The notes: a model not told the origin generated them from the sequence alone. A DNA stretch of 26,777 nucleotides from an uncultured archaeon (GCA_964631415.1 CAZVZC010000031.1:1-26777); one strand, 5' to 3'. Counted from the first letter of the stretch, positions 16,586 to 25,791 are shown. Translations and numbers: made by a program.

Positions 16586-17629
16586 TTGGCTGCTATCCAC
16601 GAAGTCTATTACGGACGCTGGCCTGACAATGTTGCGGTGTCCATGAGAAAAGTCACACCACAGATTCTCGGCCGGGCAGGTATTGCCGAAATCCTCCAGA
16701 CTGCTGGCTCCTTCATGCAACATGGCTTCGGCGACCTGCCCCCGGACATACATCTGCCGGCGCTTGTTGGCACGGCGTTGCACAACGCTCCATCCTCAGA
16801 CTCGACTGTTGCTCATGCTGCCGCAGCGCGGCTGGGCTCTTCACTTGTGGAGTTCCCTCTTCAGGAGAAGCAAGCCATGATGTCCGAGGAGGTACTTGAG
16901 CGCCTCGCCGGTTTTAGCTCGATCGTCGACATCGTGTTGGCCGCATATGTGGACTATGAAACCTTTGGAGCGGGTCGCATGCTGACTGAGAGCTTCCCTG
17001 AATGGACTCACTCACCGCTGCTGTCCTTACGGGACGACGTTTACGCTCATCAGTCGGCGCTGGCAGAGCTTCTCGGGCTCTCTGCCAGAATGGGTGGTCT
17101 GGAGAACCGCCGAATCGCAGTATCATGGGGTTTTGGCTCGGCATTTGGGCTGCCTACCACCGCACATAGCCTAATCCTCACGGCACTCATCATGGGTGCG
17201 AGTCTGCGAGTCGTTGCGCCCGACAAGTTCTCGCTCCTAAGACGAGTCATGAGGGAAGGGGCCAAAGTTGCGAACTCAGCAGGCGGGCAACTCGAAGAGG
17301 TGCATGAGTTCGAGGGTTCCTTTCGTGACGTTGACGCTGTCTTTGCTCTCAACTGGTGCAGACTGGACGACTTCAATCATCCTGAGAGAAATCCCCAGTA
17401 TGCGTCAGAGTTCAGAGACTGGTACTTCACATCCGAAATACTACCCAGCGGTTGCGCCTTCGCAACAGAACCCCCAATGCAGACAGAATTGATGGCGAGC
17501 AAGGAACTCCTATGCGGTCCTACAAGCTTGGCAACGACTTGGCTTGGTCGGCGAATAGCAGTCCTAGCTGCAACAATCGTCTGGATGGCTCAGAGAGCTG
17601 CTGCTGACGACCGCGTTGTGTTAGTCTAG
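16586..17629 (+). CDS. YgeW/ornithine carbamoyltransferase-fold protein with degenerate catalytic motifs
   Basis: RRIAVSWGF..AFGLP, MGASLRVVAPDKF, FRDVDAVFALNW and DWYFT align by eye with YgeW-type transcarbamylases. STRT reads SSDS and HCLP reads TEPP. Start is TTG 16586 or ATG 16643. Confidence 0.75.
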   Translation: MAAIHEVYYGRWPDNVAVSMRKVTPQILGRAGIAEILQTAGSFMQHGFGDLPPDIHLPALVGTALHNAPSSDSTVAHAAAARLGSSLVEFPLQEKQAMMSEEVLERLAGFSSIVDIVLAAYVDYETFGAGRMLTESFPEWTHSPLLSLRDDVYAHQSALAELLGLSARMGGLENRRIAVSWGFGSAFGLPTTAHSLILTALIMGASLRVVAPDKFSLLRRVMREGAKVANSAGGQLEEVHEFEGSFRDVDAVFALNWCRLDDFNHPERNPQYASEFRDWYFTSEILPSGCAFATEPPMQTELMASKELLCGPTSLATTWLGRRIAVLAATIVWMAQRAAADDRVVLV

Positions 17630-17670
17630 CCTGGTTCCAGATCGTAAGAGGTTGCTGGATTTGCTTCGCA

Positions 17671-17686
17671 GACCTTTTATCAGGTC
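17671..17686 (+). promoter_or_regulatory. TATA box of pflX flanked by a 5-bp inverted repeat
   Basis: GACCT-TTTATC-AGGTC. TTTTAT ends about 28 nt before ATG 17708, consistent with a leaderless archaeal transcript. Confidence 0.45.
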
Positions 17687-17707
17687 AGTCCTCTGCCTTC
17701 CCAGAAG

Positions 17708-18811
17708 ATGTGGCAGTTCCTCAGACCCGATTCTTTCAGAGTGTGGAAGGACCCAGAAACACTCCGAAGACTAAGGAGATACCGGGGGATAATAGACAAT
17801 CACAGGTGGGCGAAGTACCTCCTATGCAAAGATGTGGAGTGCACTCTAAGCCTTGACGCATCGATCGATGAGCTCTGGGAACACCATGCTCTGCTATCGA
17901 AGAGGTTTGCAGAATACGTCAGAGGGATTGACCTAGGAAAGGTCAGGGTTTCACAGAACGACCTGCCAGAAACCAGCTTTCTGGACTTGAAGATTGAGAT
18001 TGCCACCAGGATTCTACGGAGCTGCCATTTCTGCGAAAGGAGCTGCGGAGTCGACCGTACGACCGGCAAGAGAGGATGGTGCAAACTGGGGAAGGATTCA
18101 CGTGTGTCTTCTGCCTTTCTCCACACAGGTGAGGAAGCGCCACTTGTTCCGAGCGGCACGATCTTCTTTGCATCTTGCTGCTTCGCTTGCGTGTTCTGCC
18201 AGAATCAAGACATCTCGACTGACCCAGAGTGTGGAGACGTGGTGAGGCCAAGTGAGCTGGCAGCGCTTGCAGAGTCGCTTCACCGCGAGGGTGCTCTGAA
18301 CATCAACTACGTCGGTGGAGACCCCATCCCAAACACGCACACGATTGTGTCTTCCATGCGTCATCAGACAGCTAATGTGACACAGTTGTGGAACTCCAAC
18401 CTCTACTGTTCAGAGGACACGATGAGGCTCCTAGCCGAGGTAATCGACGTCTGGCTGCCTGACTTCAAGTATGGGAATGATGCGTGCGCTGAGCGATTGT
18501 CTGCCGCGAGGGACTATTTCAGAGTAGCATCAAGGAATCATCTGCTTGCTTACAACTCTGGCGAGGTGATCATCAGACACCTCGTACTGCCCAACCATAT
18601 CGAGTGCTGCTCGATCCCGATACTTGAGTGGGTGTCCAAGAACATGCCCGACTGCTTGGTAAACGTCATGCAGCAGTATCGACCTGAACACAAGGTCCGA
18701 ACTCGACCCCAAGACTACCCGGAAATCTCCAGAAGAGTGAGCAGTGAGGAGATGAAACGTGTTCTTGAGAGGGCGGACGAACTTGGCATCTGTTGGAGCC
18801 CGGTGAGCTGA
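17708..18811 (+). CDS. pflX: PflX-like radical SAM protein (archaeal type)
   Basis: CHFCERSCGVDR, HTGEEAPLVPSGTIFF, CCFACVFCQNQDIS, NINYVGGDP, WNSNLY, DFKYGND, IIRHLVLPNH and NVMQQYRP. Confidence 0.9.
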   Translation: MWQFLRPDSFRVWKDPETLRRLRRYRGIIDNHRWAKYLLCKDVECTLSLDASIDELWEHHALLSKRFAEYVRGIDLGKVRVSQNDLPETSFLDLKIEIATRILRSCHFCERSCGVDRTTGKRGWCKLGKDSRVSSAFLHTGEEAPLVPSGTIFFASCCFACVFCQNQDISTDPECGDVVRPSELAALAESLHREGALNINYVGGDPIPNTHTIVSSMRHQTANVTQLWNSNLYCSEDTMRLLAEVIDVWLPDFKYGNDACAERLSAARDYFRVASRNHLLAYNSGEVIIRHLVLPNHIECCSIPILEWVSKNMPDCLVNVMQQYRPEHKVRTRPQDYPEISRRVSSEEMKRVLERADELGICWSPVS

Positions 18812-18911
18812 AAAGCCCTGTCGACCACAACACATCCGCGGGCAGAAGTGGCGCGTGAACCGCTTCACAATGTTCTAAAGAGAGCGCTCGAGAGCACGTG
18901 TGGTCAGGAAC

Positions 18912-19151
18912 ATGTGCCTAGCAGTCCCCGGTCTGGTCAAGAGCATTGATGGCGAGTACGCCGACGTAGACTTTGGAGGAGTCAGGAAGAGGGTCTGTGT
19001 GACACTGTTGCCAGAATTGGAAGTGGGAGAGTACGTCATAGTCCACACGGGCTATGCCATTGAACGTCTTAGGGCAGAAGAGGCCAAGAAGACTCTGGAC
19101 CTCTTCGAGCAGATGGCCCAGTTAGCAGAAAGGAATGCGCGAGGCGCATAG
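18912..19151 (+). CDS. hypC: Hydrogenase maturation chaperone HypC/HupF
   Basis: Canonical MCLAVP N-terminus (ATG 18912), VDFGGV and VGEYVIVHTGYAI. Confidence 0.95.
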   Translation: MCLAVPGLVKSIDGEYADVDFGGVRKRVCVTLLPELEVGEYVIVHTGYAIERLRAEEAKKTLDLFEQMAQLAERNARGA

Positions 19152-19203
19152 GCAGCGCCAACAAGCCTTTTTGCTCGCGACACACTGGGCGGAGGTGACG
19201 ACC

Positions 19204-20067
19204 ATGCCAGACACACTAGAATCAATCATGGCAGAGCTCCGCTCTCGTATCAACACAGAGGACACGACAACAAGAGTGTCAAGAAAGGAGATAGAGGTGC
19301 TCAGGGGCGAAACTGTCGTTGTGATGCCGGCCGGAGGCAAGGGAACTCGTATTCGGAGCGAAACCCAGAACGAAAGCATAAACAAGGTGATGATCAGCGT
19401 CGACGGCAAAGAGAGCATGATTGAGAGGACCGTGAGAGACTATGCAGAGGCGGGGTTCGAACGGTTTGTGGTCCTCACAGGCTTTCTGACAGAAAAGGTC
19501 GAAGCGCATCTCGGTGATGGTTCTCGATGGGGTGTCAAGATACGCTATTCCGCGGACCCTGGCGGAAGGAAGGTGGGCAATGCCGGCGCTATCCTCCACG
19601 CCTTGAATAATGGTACTCTCGATGACTCACTTGTGTCAATTGTGCATAATCCTGATGACATGATCATAGGGATGAAGCGACCCTATGGAGAAGCCTTTCT
19701 CGAGGGTCATGTCAAAGCCCGAAAGAATGGATGTATCGCCACTTTCGTTGTTGTCCCTGAAACACCCTATCAGTTCTCGGGCATGATAATCAAAAAGGGG
19801 AAGGTGCTAGATACGACCAAGTACCCAATGGTTGCCTTACCTGCTCACACGGGAATAACGGTCTTCAACCCGGAGTCATACGAGTACTTCAGAAAGCTGG
19901 TTTCGCTTGAGGCCGAGTCGTCGTTCGAGAATGTGGTATGCCCTGCGCTAGTTCGTGAGGGGCGGCTCTTCGCGGTCAACATACCCTCGGACACATGGAT
20001 TCCGGTCAACGATCTGAAGGGCATCGAGGCGGCGAGAGAGGCATTGGCCAAAGCTCATAGGAAGTGA
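19204..20067 (+). CDS. Sugar-phosphate nucleotidyltransferase (NTP_transferase domain only)
   Basis: PAGGKGTRIR, HLGDGSRWGVKIRYS and GNAGA. ATG 19204 follows a GGAGGTG RBS. No left-handed beta-helix domain. Confidence 0.85.
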   Translation: MPDTLESIMAELRSRINTEDTTTRVSRKEIEVLRGETVVVMPAGGKGTRIRSETQNESINKVMISVDGKESMIERTVRDYAEAGFERFVVLTGFLTEKVEAHLGDGSRWGVKIRYSADPGGRKVGNAGAILHALNNGTLDDSLVSIVHNPDDMIIGMKRPYGEAFLEGHVKARKNGCIATFVVVPETPYQFSGMIIKKGKVLDTTKYPMVALPAHTGITVFNPESYEYFRKLVSLEAESSFENVVCPALVREGRLFAVNIPSDTWIPVNDLKGIEAAREALAKAHRK

Positions 20068-20181
20068 GCTTCGAGTGGAAGGCGCTCGTCGACTTCTGCA
20101 CCAGCTTCATAACTTGCTTGTTTCACGTGGTGAACTGCTCAATGCTGTGTCTGGGTAGTCTGAAATGGAGGACCCGGCTAG

Positions 20182-20886
20182 ATGAGGACTATCGTAATCC
20201 CGACGTTGAACGAAGAAGATAACATCGGCCGGCTCATCGAATCCATCTTTGAAGTCATAGGCACAGACGATGTGTCAATCATAGTTGTGGATGACGACAG
20301 CAAGGACCGCACCCAGAGCATTGTGACTGAGCTTGGACAGCACTTTCGTGAGGTCCGGCTTATAGTGAGAAGGCATGTCCGCGGCCTTGGTAGCGCTGTT
20401 CGTTTCGGCGCCAGTCAGGCGCAGAAGGGCCCAGTTGTGGTGATGGATGCTGACCTGTCTCACGATCCGAAACATCTACCTGCTTTCTTCAGCTGTCTGG
20501 GTAGGGGATACGATGTCGTCGTGGGTTCGAGATACGTTCGGGGCGGCAGAACTGAGGGCTGGCCCGGCAGGAGGATTGCCATCAGCAAGGTCGCAACACT
20601 GGTTGCCCGTCTGCTCTTCCGCCTGCCCGTCAAAGATCCGATGAGTGGATTCGTGGGCTGCAGGTCGGGTCGGATTCTTGCTGAGGGCTTCAGATTTGCA
20701 GACTACAAGTTCCTACTTGAGATAATGGTCACAAACAGGACCTTGCGCGTGACCGAGGTACCCATAGTCTTTCGTGACAGGATGCGAGGAAAGAGCAAGC
20801 TGAAGGGACGGACCATAGTCCTGTATCTTGAGCTCGTGGCAAGACTTCTCTTTCAAAGCGGCAAGGGCCGTTTCGGTGGTTCGTAG
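20182..20886 (+). CDS. GT2 polyprenol/dolichol-phosphate mannosyltransferase (DPM1-like)
   Basis: IPTLNEEDNI, VVDDDSKD, GLGSA, VMDADLSHDP, GSRYV.GG, DPMSGF and EVPIVFRDR..GKSKL. GGAGG RBS. Confidence 0.9.
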   Translation: MRTIVIPTLNEEDNIGRLIESIFEVIGTDDVSIIVVDDDSKDRTQSIVTELGQHFREVRLIVRRHVRGLGSAVRFGASQAQKGPVVVMDADLSHDPKHLPAFFSCLGRGYDVVVGSRYVRGGRTEGWPGRRIAISKVATLVARLLFRLPVKDPMSGFVGCRSGRILAEGFRFADYKFLLEIMVTNRTLRVTEVPIVFRDRMRGKSKLKGRTIVLYLELVARLLFQSGKGRFGGS

Positions 20887-20900
20887 GGGGAGATGTCGGA

Positions 20901-23039
20901 TTGGGTGATGTCGAACTGTCATCTGACACTCGGGGGCTTCGGCTTGCCAACCTCCTAGTTGTGTTCTTCATTGTCATCAATCTGCTCATGGCTGTCGTCA
21001 TCAGAGTCCTAGGCAGTCAGATGTATCCGTTCTTCGTTGCATTCTATGTCTGGGTTCCGCTCTACACATCCTTGATCGCTGCTCTTCTCTATCGGGAACG
21101 ATTGAGGGAGAAGTCACATCTCGAAGGCGGCTATCCAATCCGCCTCATTGTCCTCCTCACGATTGCGGCTCGTCTGGTCTTTGTTGGCCAGACTGAGCTC
21201 ATCTCGTTGGACCCGTTGTGGTATCTAGACTTTGGCAAGTTCATGCAGATGGGTCTGACCCCGTACAGTGGATTCTACTTCCCATACCCGCCTGTCTTTG
21301 CCTACTTCATTCTCATCATCACTTGGATAGCTCCTTCAGTAGACAGCTTTCGCATACTTGCCGCTTTGATGGATGCAGGTGTGGTCATCGTAGTCTGGAG
21401 TCTTGCCGGGCGTCTTGTGGGACCCAGATGGAGTGGAATTGCTGCTGTCTTGTATGCGCTTCTTCCAATCTCCATAATCGAGTCAGGTTGGAACGGGCAT
21501 TTCGAACCGATTGCCAACCTATTCATGCTGGCATCTATGTGGTTCCTACTCAAGGGGCAACACCGTGCAAGTGGGCTTATGCTAGGCCTTGGTGCTGCAA
21601 CGAAGGTCTATCCATTGGCACTTTTTCCGCTCTTCCTCTTCTACCTCAAAGGGTGGAGAACGCGGCTTGAGTTCTCGCTTCTCACCGTCATATCAGCAGC
21701 CCTCACCTTTGTGCCATTCTTGGTTGCAGGTCTGATTGGTGGCGGGGGCGTACCCCCAAACGGCTCTTCGACCACCCTGTCCCAGTTCGGCTTCTTCTCC
21801 TCGCTACTCGGCTTCCTGTCGAATCCAAACGTCGGTACGATGGCCATCAACATACTTGTCATCAGCGGGGTCGTCCTTGGGACCGTCCTAACGATTCACC
21901 AGCTTGTCAAAGGGAACCCGGGATCCTACTGGCATGAGTATCAGTGGACCACTCTCATAATCGGCGTCATACTCATCTTTGCGGGCCTCATCGCCGGCGT
22001 GTATCCTCTGATTCCAGCGTCTAGGCTTGTATACTGGCGCTATCCCGTTGACGTCGGCATTGTCAGGGGTTTCAGTGCCGTTGGCATTGGTCTGATGGTC
22101 TTGCGTGAGGCCTACAAAAGCCGGAAGACACCGGAGCCACGTGCAGTCTCCCTTGACTCGTTGCTCATACTGGTTTCTGCCACTATCCTACTCTTGCTCG
22201 CCATGTCAAGAGAGGTGTTCTACGGTTGGTACATCTTGTGGTCATTACCGTTGTTTCTGCTCGTTCGCAACAAGCGCTTGATGCTGACTGTTGTCCTGTG
22301 TCTCCTGCTAGTCTATCCGAGCTACACGCACGACAACTTTGCCACGCTTGGCTTTCAAGAGCAACGGATATGGAGCGACGATTTCGAGTCGGTCGAGGGA
22401 TGGGTCTGTCTGGTGAACGTGTCCAACAGCGGACTCGATCCCAGTCAGATAGTGGCAGGCGTGGAAACTGACAGTCAGAGTGGCCGATTCTGGATAAACA
22501 CTACCGGCGTTTACAATGCCACCCTGCTCAGGAATGTCACAGTCAGTTTCACGAAGGCTGTTTCAATAGTCTTCGAACCCACGACAGAGTTCGCTGCGAG
22601 AATCACTTGCAGCTGGGATCCAACTTTCGGCAAGGTTTCGGACCTGTCACTGTCATACATGGGCATCGACAGTCATAGTCGACCCGCAAACGGCAGCATC
22701 ATTCCTCGGACGGGCATCTTCACGAATCTCACCCACATCCTATGGAGATACGCGTTCTGGACAGAGGTTTCCGACAGCAGCGGGACTCTGGACAATCTGA
22801 CTCTTAGCATCTACCCGGCGAGGATTGGTGTGTACTGGTATATCGTCGACTTCCTCTATACCGTATACGCTGGACCGCTAAATCCCATGTATTTCCTCTT
22901 TACGCCAATCCTTGTCGCAATCTCTCTGGCCGCCTACATACCTCTTGAGCGAGAGAGTGCCAAGTGGGCTCCACCTGCTGTGGCGAAGACAGAAACGCGG
23001 GAAGACAAACCATCGCAGACCGAATCTGCCTATGCATGA
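20901..23039 (+). CDS. GT-C fold membrane glycosyltransferase (GT87/PIG-M-like) with C-terminal extracellular domain
   Basis: D..WY....G.TPY..FYFPYPP loop, WNGHFE, KVYP and WYILW. More than 12 TM segments, then a sequon-rich soluble domain and a final TM. Confidence 0.75.
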   Translation: MGDVELSSDTRGLRLANLLVVFFIVINLLMAVVIRVLGSQMYPFFVAFYVWVPLYTSLIAALLYRERLREKSHLEGGYPIRLIVLLTIAARLVFVGQTELISLDPLWYLDFGKFMQMGLTPYSGFYFPYPPVFAYFILIITWIAPSVDSFRILAALMDAGVVIVVWSLAGRLVGPRWSGIAAVLYALLPISIIESGWNGHFEPIANLFMLASMWFLLKGQHRASGLMLGLGAATKVYPLALFPLFLFYLKGWRTRLEFSLLTVISAALTFVPFLVAGLIGGGGVPPNGSSTTLSQFGFFSSLLGFLSNPNVGTMAINILVISGVVLGTVLTIHQLVKGNPGSYWHEYQWTTLIIGVILIFAGLIAGVYPLIPASRLVYWRYPVDVGIVRGFSAVGIGLMVLREAYKSRKTPEPRAVSLDSLLILVSATILLLLAMSREVFYGWYILWSLPLFLLVRNKRLMLTVVLCLLLVYPSYTHDNFATLGFQEQRIWSDDFESVEGWVCLVNVSNSGLDPSQIVAGVETDSQSGRFWINTTGVYNATLLRNVTVSFTKAVSIVFEPTTEFAARITCSWDPTFGKVSDLSLSYMGIDSHSRPANGSIIPRTGIFTNLTHILWRYAFWTEVSDSSGTLDNLTLSIYPARIGVYWYIVDFLYTVYAGPLNPMYFLFTPILVAISLAAYIPLERESAKWAPPAVAKTETREDKPSQTESAYA

Positions 23040-23146
23040 GGCATAGCAGAACCCTGCCACAACTTCGAGATTTTTCAGTCTGGGTGTATCTCAGCAAATC
23101 ACTTAATAGTGATAGAAGCCGGACCCACTTGTTCAGCCCAGAGTTC

Positions 23147-24478
23147 GTGGTCACAGTGAAGCCGTCTGGCCAAGTTCGACGTATTGTGGTCTTCGTGGAA
23201 CACTTTCCTCCGTTTCTGGGTTCAGACAGGACCATATTCGAGCTGTCCAAGAGAGTTGCCGAACGAGGAGTGAAGGTTCACTTCATAGCGACGCAACCAC
23301 TTCGCTATCTTTTGGGTCGGCGACCTCCTGAGTGGGAGTACAAAAAGAACTGGACCCGTCCTCCTCCGAAGATTCATGACAACATCACGGCAAGATACCT
23401 TGTTCTTGACCGAAGAGGAGTCGGGTTCTGGTTACTGATTGCCCCATTGGCATATGTCCTGACTCTCGTGTTGTTCACTGGACGTGCCATTAAGGAAGTT
23501 GTCCGGTTTGGACCGGACTTGATAATCGCGGCCAATGCGTCTCCGATTGTGGGCATCGTGGCTCTTTTGTCTGCCAAGCTCACGGTGCATCCGTTGTTCA
23601 TGGGTTGTCCTGACTGGATGACAGCGTACGCAGCAGGTCTGACGGGGCAGAAGATGAACAGTCTGGGTATGGTCATTCTGCAAATCGTTGAAACGACGTT
23701 GTACAAGTGGGCAACTCGAGTGTTCGCTGTGACAGACTTTCTGAAGAGGTTGCTCACGAGATATGGTGTTGACCCGAACAGGGTTGATGTGATTCCGAAC
23801 GGTGTGGATACACAACGGTTCTCTCCATCGGTCGACGGACTGGCTGTGCGCAAGAAGTATCGTCTTGAGGAGCGCTGTGTCGTGCTTTTGTCAGGACATC
23901 TGGAGGATTGGGCGGGTGTCAGTTTGGTATACGACTTGGCCATGAAACTTGATAGAGATTTCCCTGAGTCGAACGTTCTCTTGGTGGGCACTGGCTCTTC
24001 GATAACTCCTTTGTTTGAGAAGCTATTCAAAGACAGGCTTGCCCATATGGTGACCTATGCAGGCCTGCAGCCATTCGAGGAAATGCCCGAGTTCACGGGC
24101 GCCTCTGACATAGCGTTATGCATCTTTCCCAACACCCCGGTTTCTCATGCAGCATCACCACTGAAGCTCTTTGAGTACATGGGATCTGGGAAGGCGATCA
24201 TTGCTAGTCGAGTGGACGGCACGGCCGAGGTGATTGACGACAACACTGGTGTTCTTGTACCGCCCGGGGATGTCGAAGCCCTCTGTGGTGCGGTTGTGAA
24301 TCTCTGCCGCGACCCCCAGCTAAGAAAGCGCATCGGCGCGAACGCGAGATTGCTCGCCGAACGAAAGTACTCTTGGCTGCGTCTGGCTGATGTATTCATG
24401 GATGCCTGCATCCAAGCAGTCACAAGACAACGTGGCCTGCTAAAACAGAAGTTGGCTGGACCCGTCGACTCAGTTTAG
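23147..24478 (+). CDS. GT4 family glycosyltransferase
   Basis: EHFPPFLG, VIPNGVD, SPLKLFEYMGSGKAII, GVLVPPGD and YSW. Start placed at GTG 23147 (or 23156) after the TATA-like CTTAATA at about 23102. The ORF-track start 22964 overlaps the previous gene. Confidence 0.9.
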   Translation: MVTVKPSGQVRRIVVFVEHFPPFLGSDRTIFELSKRVAERGVKVHFIATQPLRYLLGRRPPEWEYKKNWTRPPPKIHDNITARYLVLDRRGVGFWLLIAPLAYVLTLVLFTGRAIKEVVRFGPDLIIAANASPIVGIVALLSAKLTVHPLFMGCPDWMTAYAAGLTGQKMNSLGMVILQIVETTLYKWATRVFAVTDFLKRLLTRYGVDPNRVDVIPNGVDTQRFSPSVDGLAVRKKYRLEERCVVLLSGHLEDWAGVSLVYDLAMKLDRDFPESNVLLVGTGSSITPLFEKLFKDRLAHMVTYAGLQPFEEMPEFTGASDIALCIFPNTPVSHAASPLKLFEYMGSGKAIIASRVDGTAEVIDDNTGVLVPPGDVEALCGAVVNLCRDPQLRKRIGANARLLAERKYSWLRLADVFMDACIQAVTRQRGLLKQKLAGPVDSV

Positions 24479-25687
24479 TTTCAGAGTGCTCCGGTAGTTG
24501 GCAAGAGTCCTCTCGACTCCGACCTCCCATGTTTCAGTTGCCGCGTATTGCTGAAGCCGCTGACCGATACTCTCAGCCAAGGAGCTGTCGGAGAGCACCT
24601 GTTCTAGCCTGACTGCTAGGTCTTTCGGATCCCCCGCCTTGAACAAAACAAGGTTGCCTCCTAGGCATTCTCTCATATGATGTCCGACATCGGACGCCAG
24701 TATTGGAATACCGTATCCTGCAAGCCTATGAGCCGGCCCGCTGGCACCCACACTTTCAACATATGGTAGTATAACCACTGACGCGGCAGAAACGTATGAG
24801 TGCATTTCCTCTTCCGGTATGAATCTGGTATCGAACTTGGTGTGCTCTAACACGGAATAGCGCGTGGCAGCTTCCTTCAATTCCTTAAGGTATCGAGCAC
24901 CGTCCTTGTCAAGTGGTGTGCCAGCTATCAGCAGAAGTGAATCCGGCACAGCTCCGAGTAGTCTGCTCATCGCCGCCAACGCCACCTCCAAGCCCTTTTC
25001 CCTACGGATGAACCCAATGACCAGAATCACTCTCTTGTCGACCAGTCCTAGGCCCTCCAGTGCCTCCTTCCGACTCACCCTCCTCTGGGGCGGCTCACAG
25101 GGGTGAGGTATCTCAAGGACCTTCTCCTTTCTGTAGCCCCACTCGCGGAGAAACCTTCTCCTGAGAGTGGAACCGATTCTGACGGTGCTCAGCTGGAGCG
25201 AGCTTGTCCCCAGGTCTAGTAAGCGCATATAGCAACGGAACAAGGTGGGCGCTATCAGCGAAAACCTACGCAGAATTCTGTATCGTTTGACTCTTTCTTC
25301 CACCTGTTCGTGCATCCACGTACTGTGAAGAGTAACAGTGGTTCTAATACCGCAAGCTCTGAGCAAGACGAGCAAGCACAACATGGGTTCTCCAAAGAAA
25401 CCTCCGTACACTCGTCCATCTGGACCAAACTGCACGTGCACGACGTGGGGCCGCTCCGATCTCGCTAACCTAAGTAGTTTCAATGGATACAGTAGCTCGT
25501 GCCTTTGCCATACAGGGAGGCATTTCACGCGCTCATTTTCTGACTCCATGCCTTTTGCCCCAATTCCACACACTGCAGTAATCTGAATGTTCGAGCGTTT
25601 TGTCAAACCAGTGATGAGCTTCGCAGTGTAGGCAGATTCGCCTGCGGGCTCTGGAGGAAGTGGTGATATCATGACGATTCTGAGCAT
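24470..25687 (-). CDS. GT4 family glycosyltransferase
   Basis: ISPLPPEPAGESAY, HVVHVQF, VTLHS, GFIRREKG, VILPY, ASG and PILASDVG. ATG 25687 follows AGGAG. 9-nt convergent overlap with the upstream GT4. Confidence 0.88.
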   Translation of the reverse strand: MLRIVMISPLPPEPAGESAYTAKLITGLTKRSNIQITAVCGIGAKGMESENERVKCLPVWQRHELLYPLKLLRLARSERPHVVHVQFGPDGRVYGGFFGEPMLCLLVLLRACGIRTTVTLHSTWMHEQVEERVKRYRILRRFSLIAPTLFRCYMRLLDLGTSSLQLSTVRIGSTLRRRFLREWGYRKEKVLEIPHPCEPPQRRVSRKEALEGLGLVDKRVILVIGFIRREKGLEVALAAMSRLLGAVPDSLLLIAGTPLDKDGARYLKELKEAATRYSVLEHTKFDTRFIPEEEMHSYVSAASVVILPYVESVGASGPAHRLAGYGIPILASDVGHHMRECLGGNLVLFKAGDPKDLAVRLEQVLSDSSLAESIGQRLQQYAATETWEVGVERTLANYRSTLKLN

Positions 25688-25791
25688 CTGACTCCTACGC
25701 GAATCATGAAGCACATTCAAAAGGGTTTCCTTGGTCAGGACTATCGTTTCACTCCTCTGATATCTTTACAACTGACACAGAGAATAGGGAG

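Noticed and set aside
16445-16590. Recurrent TGTCA/TGACA/GTGAC words in several intergenic regions
   Set aside because: The same words are frequent inside coding sequence and their spacing is inconsistent, so I cannot separate them from compositional bias by eye.
22964-23146. N-terminal extension of GT4 in the ORF track (likewise 15663-15704, 18900-18911, 19135-19203, 25688-25720)
   Set aside because: These extensions overlap neighbouring genes or promoter/RBS elements. Downstream starts have better RBS/TATA support and match family N-termini.
23374-24030. 218-aa antisense ORF
   Set aside because: Opposite a clear GT4, Ser/Thr/Pro-rich and motif-free. Shadow ORF.
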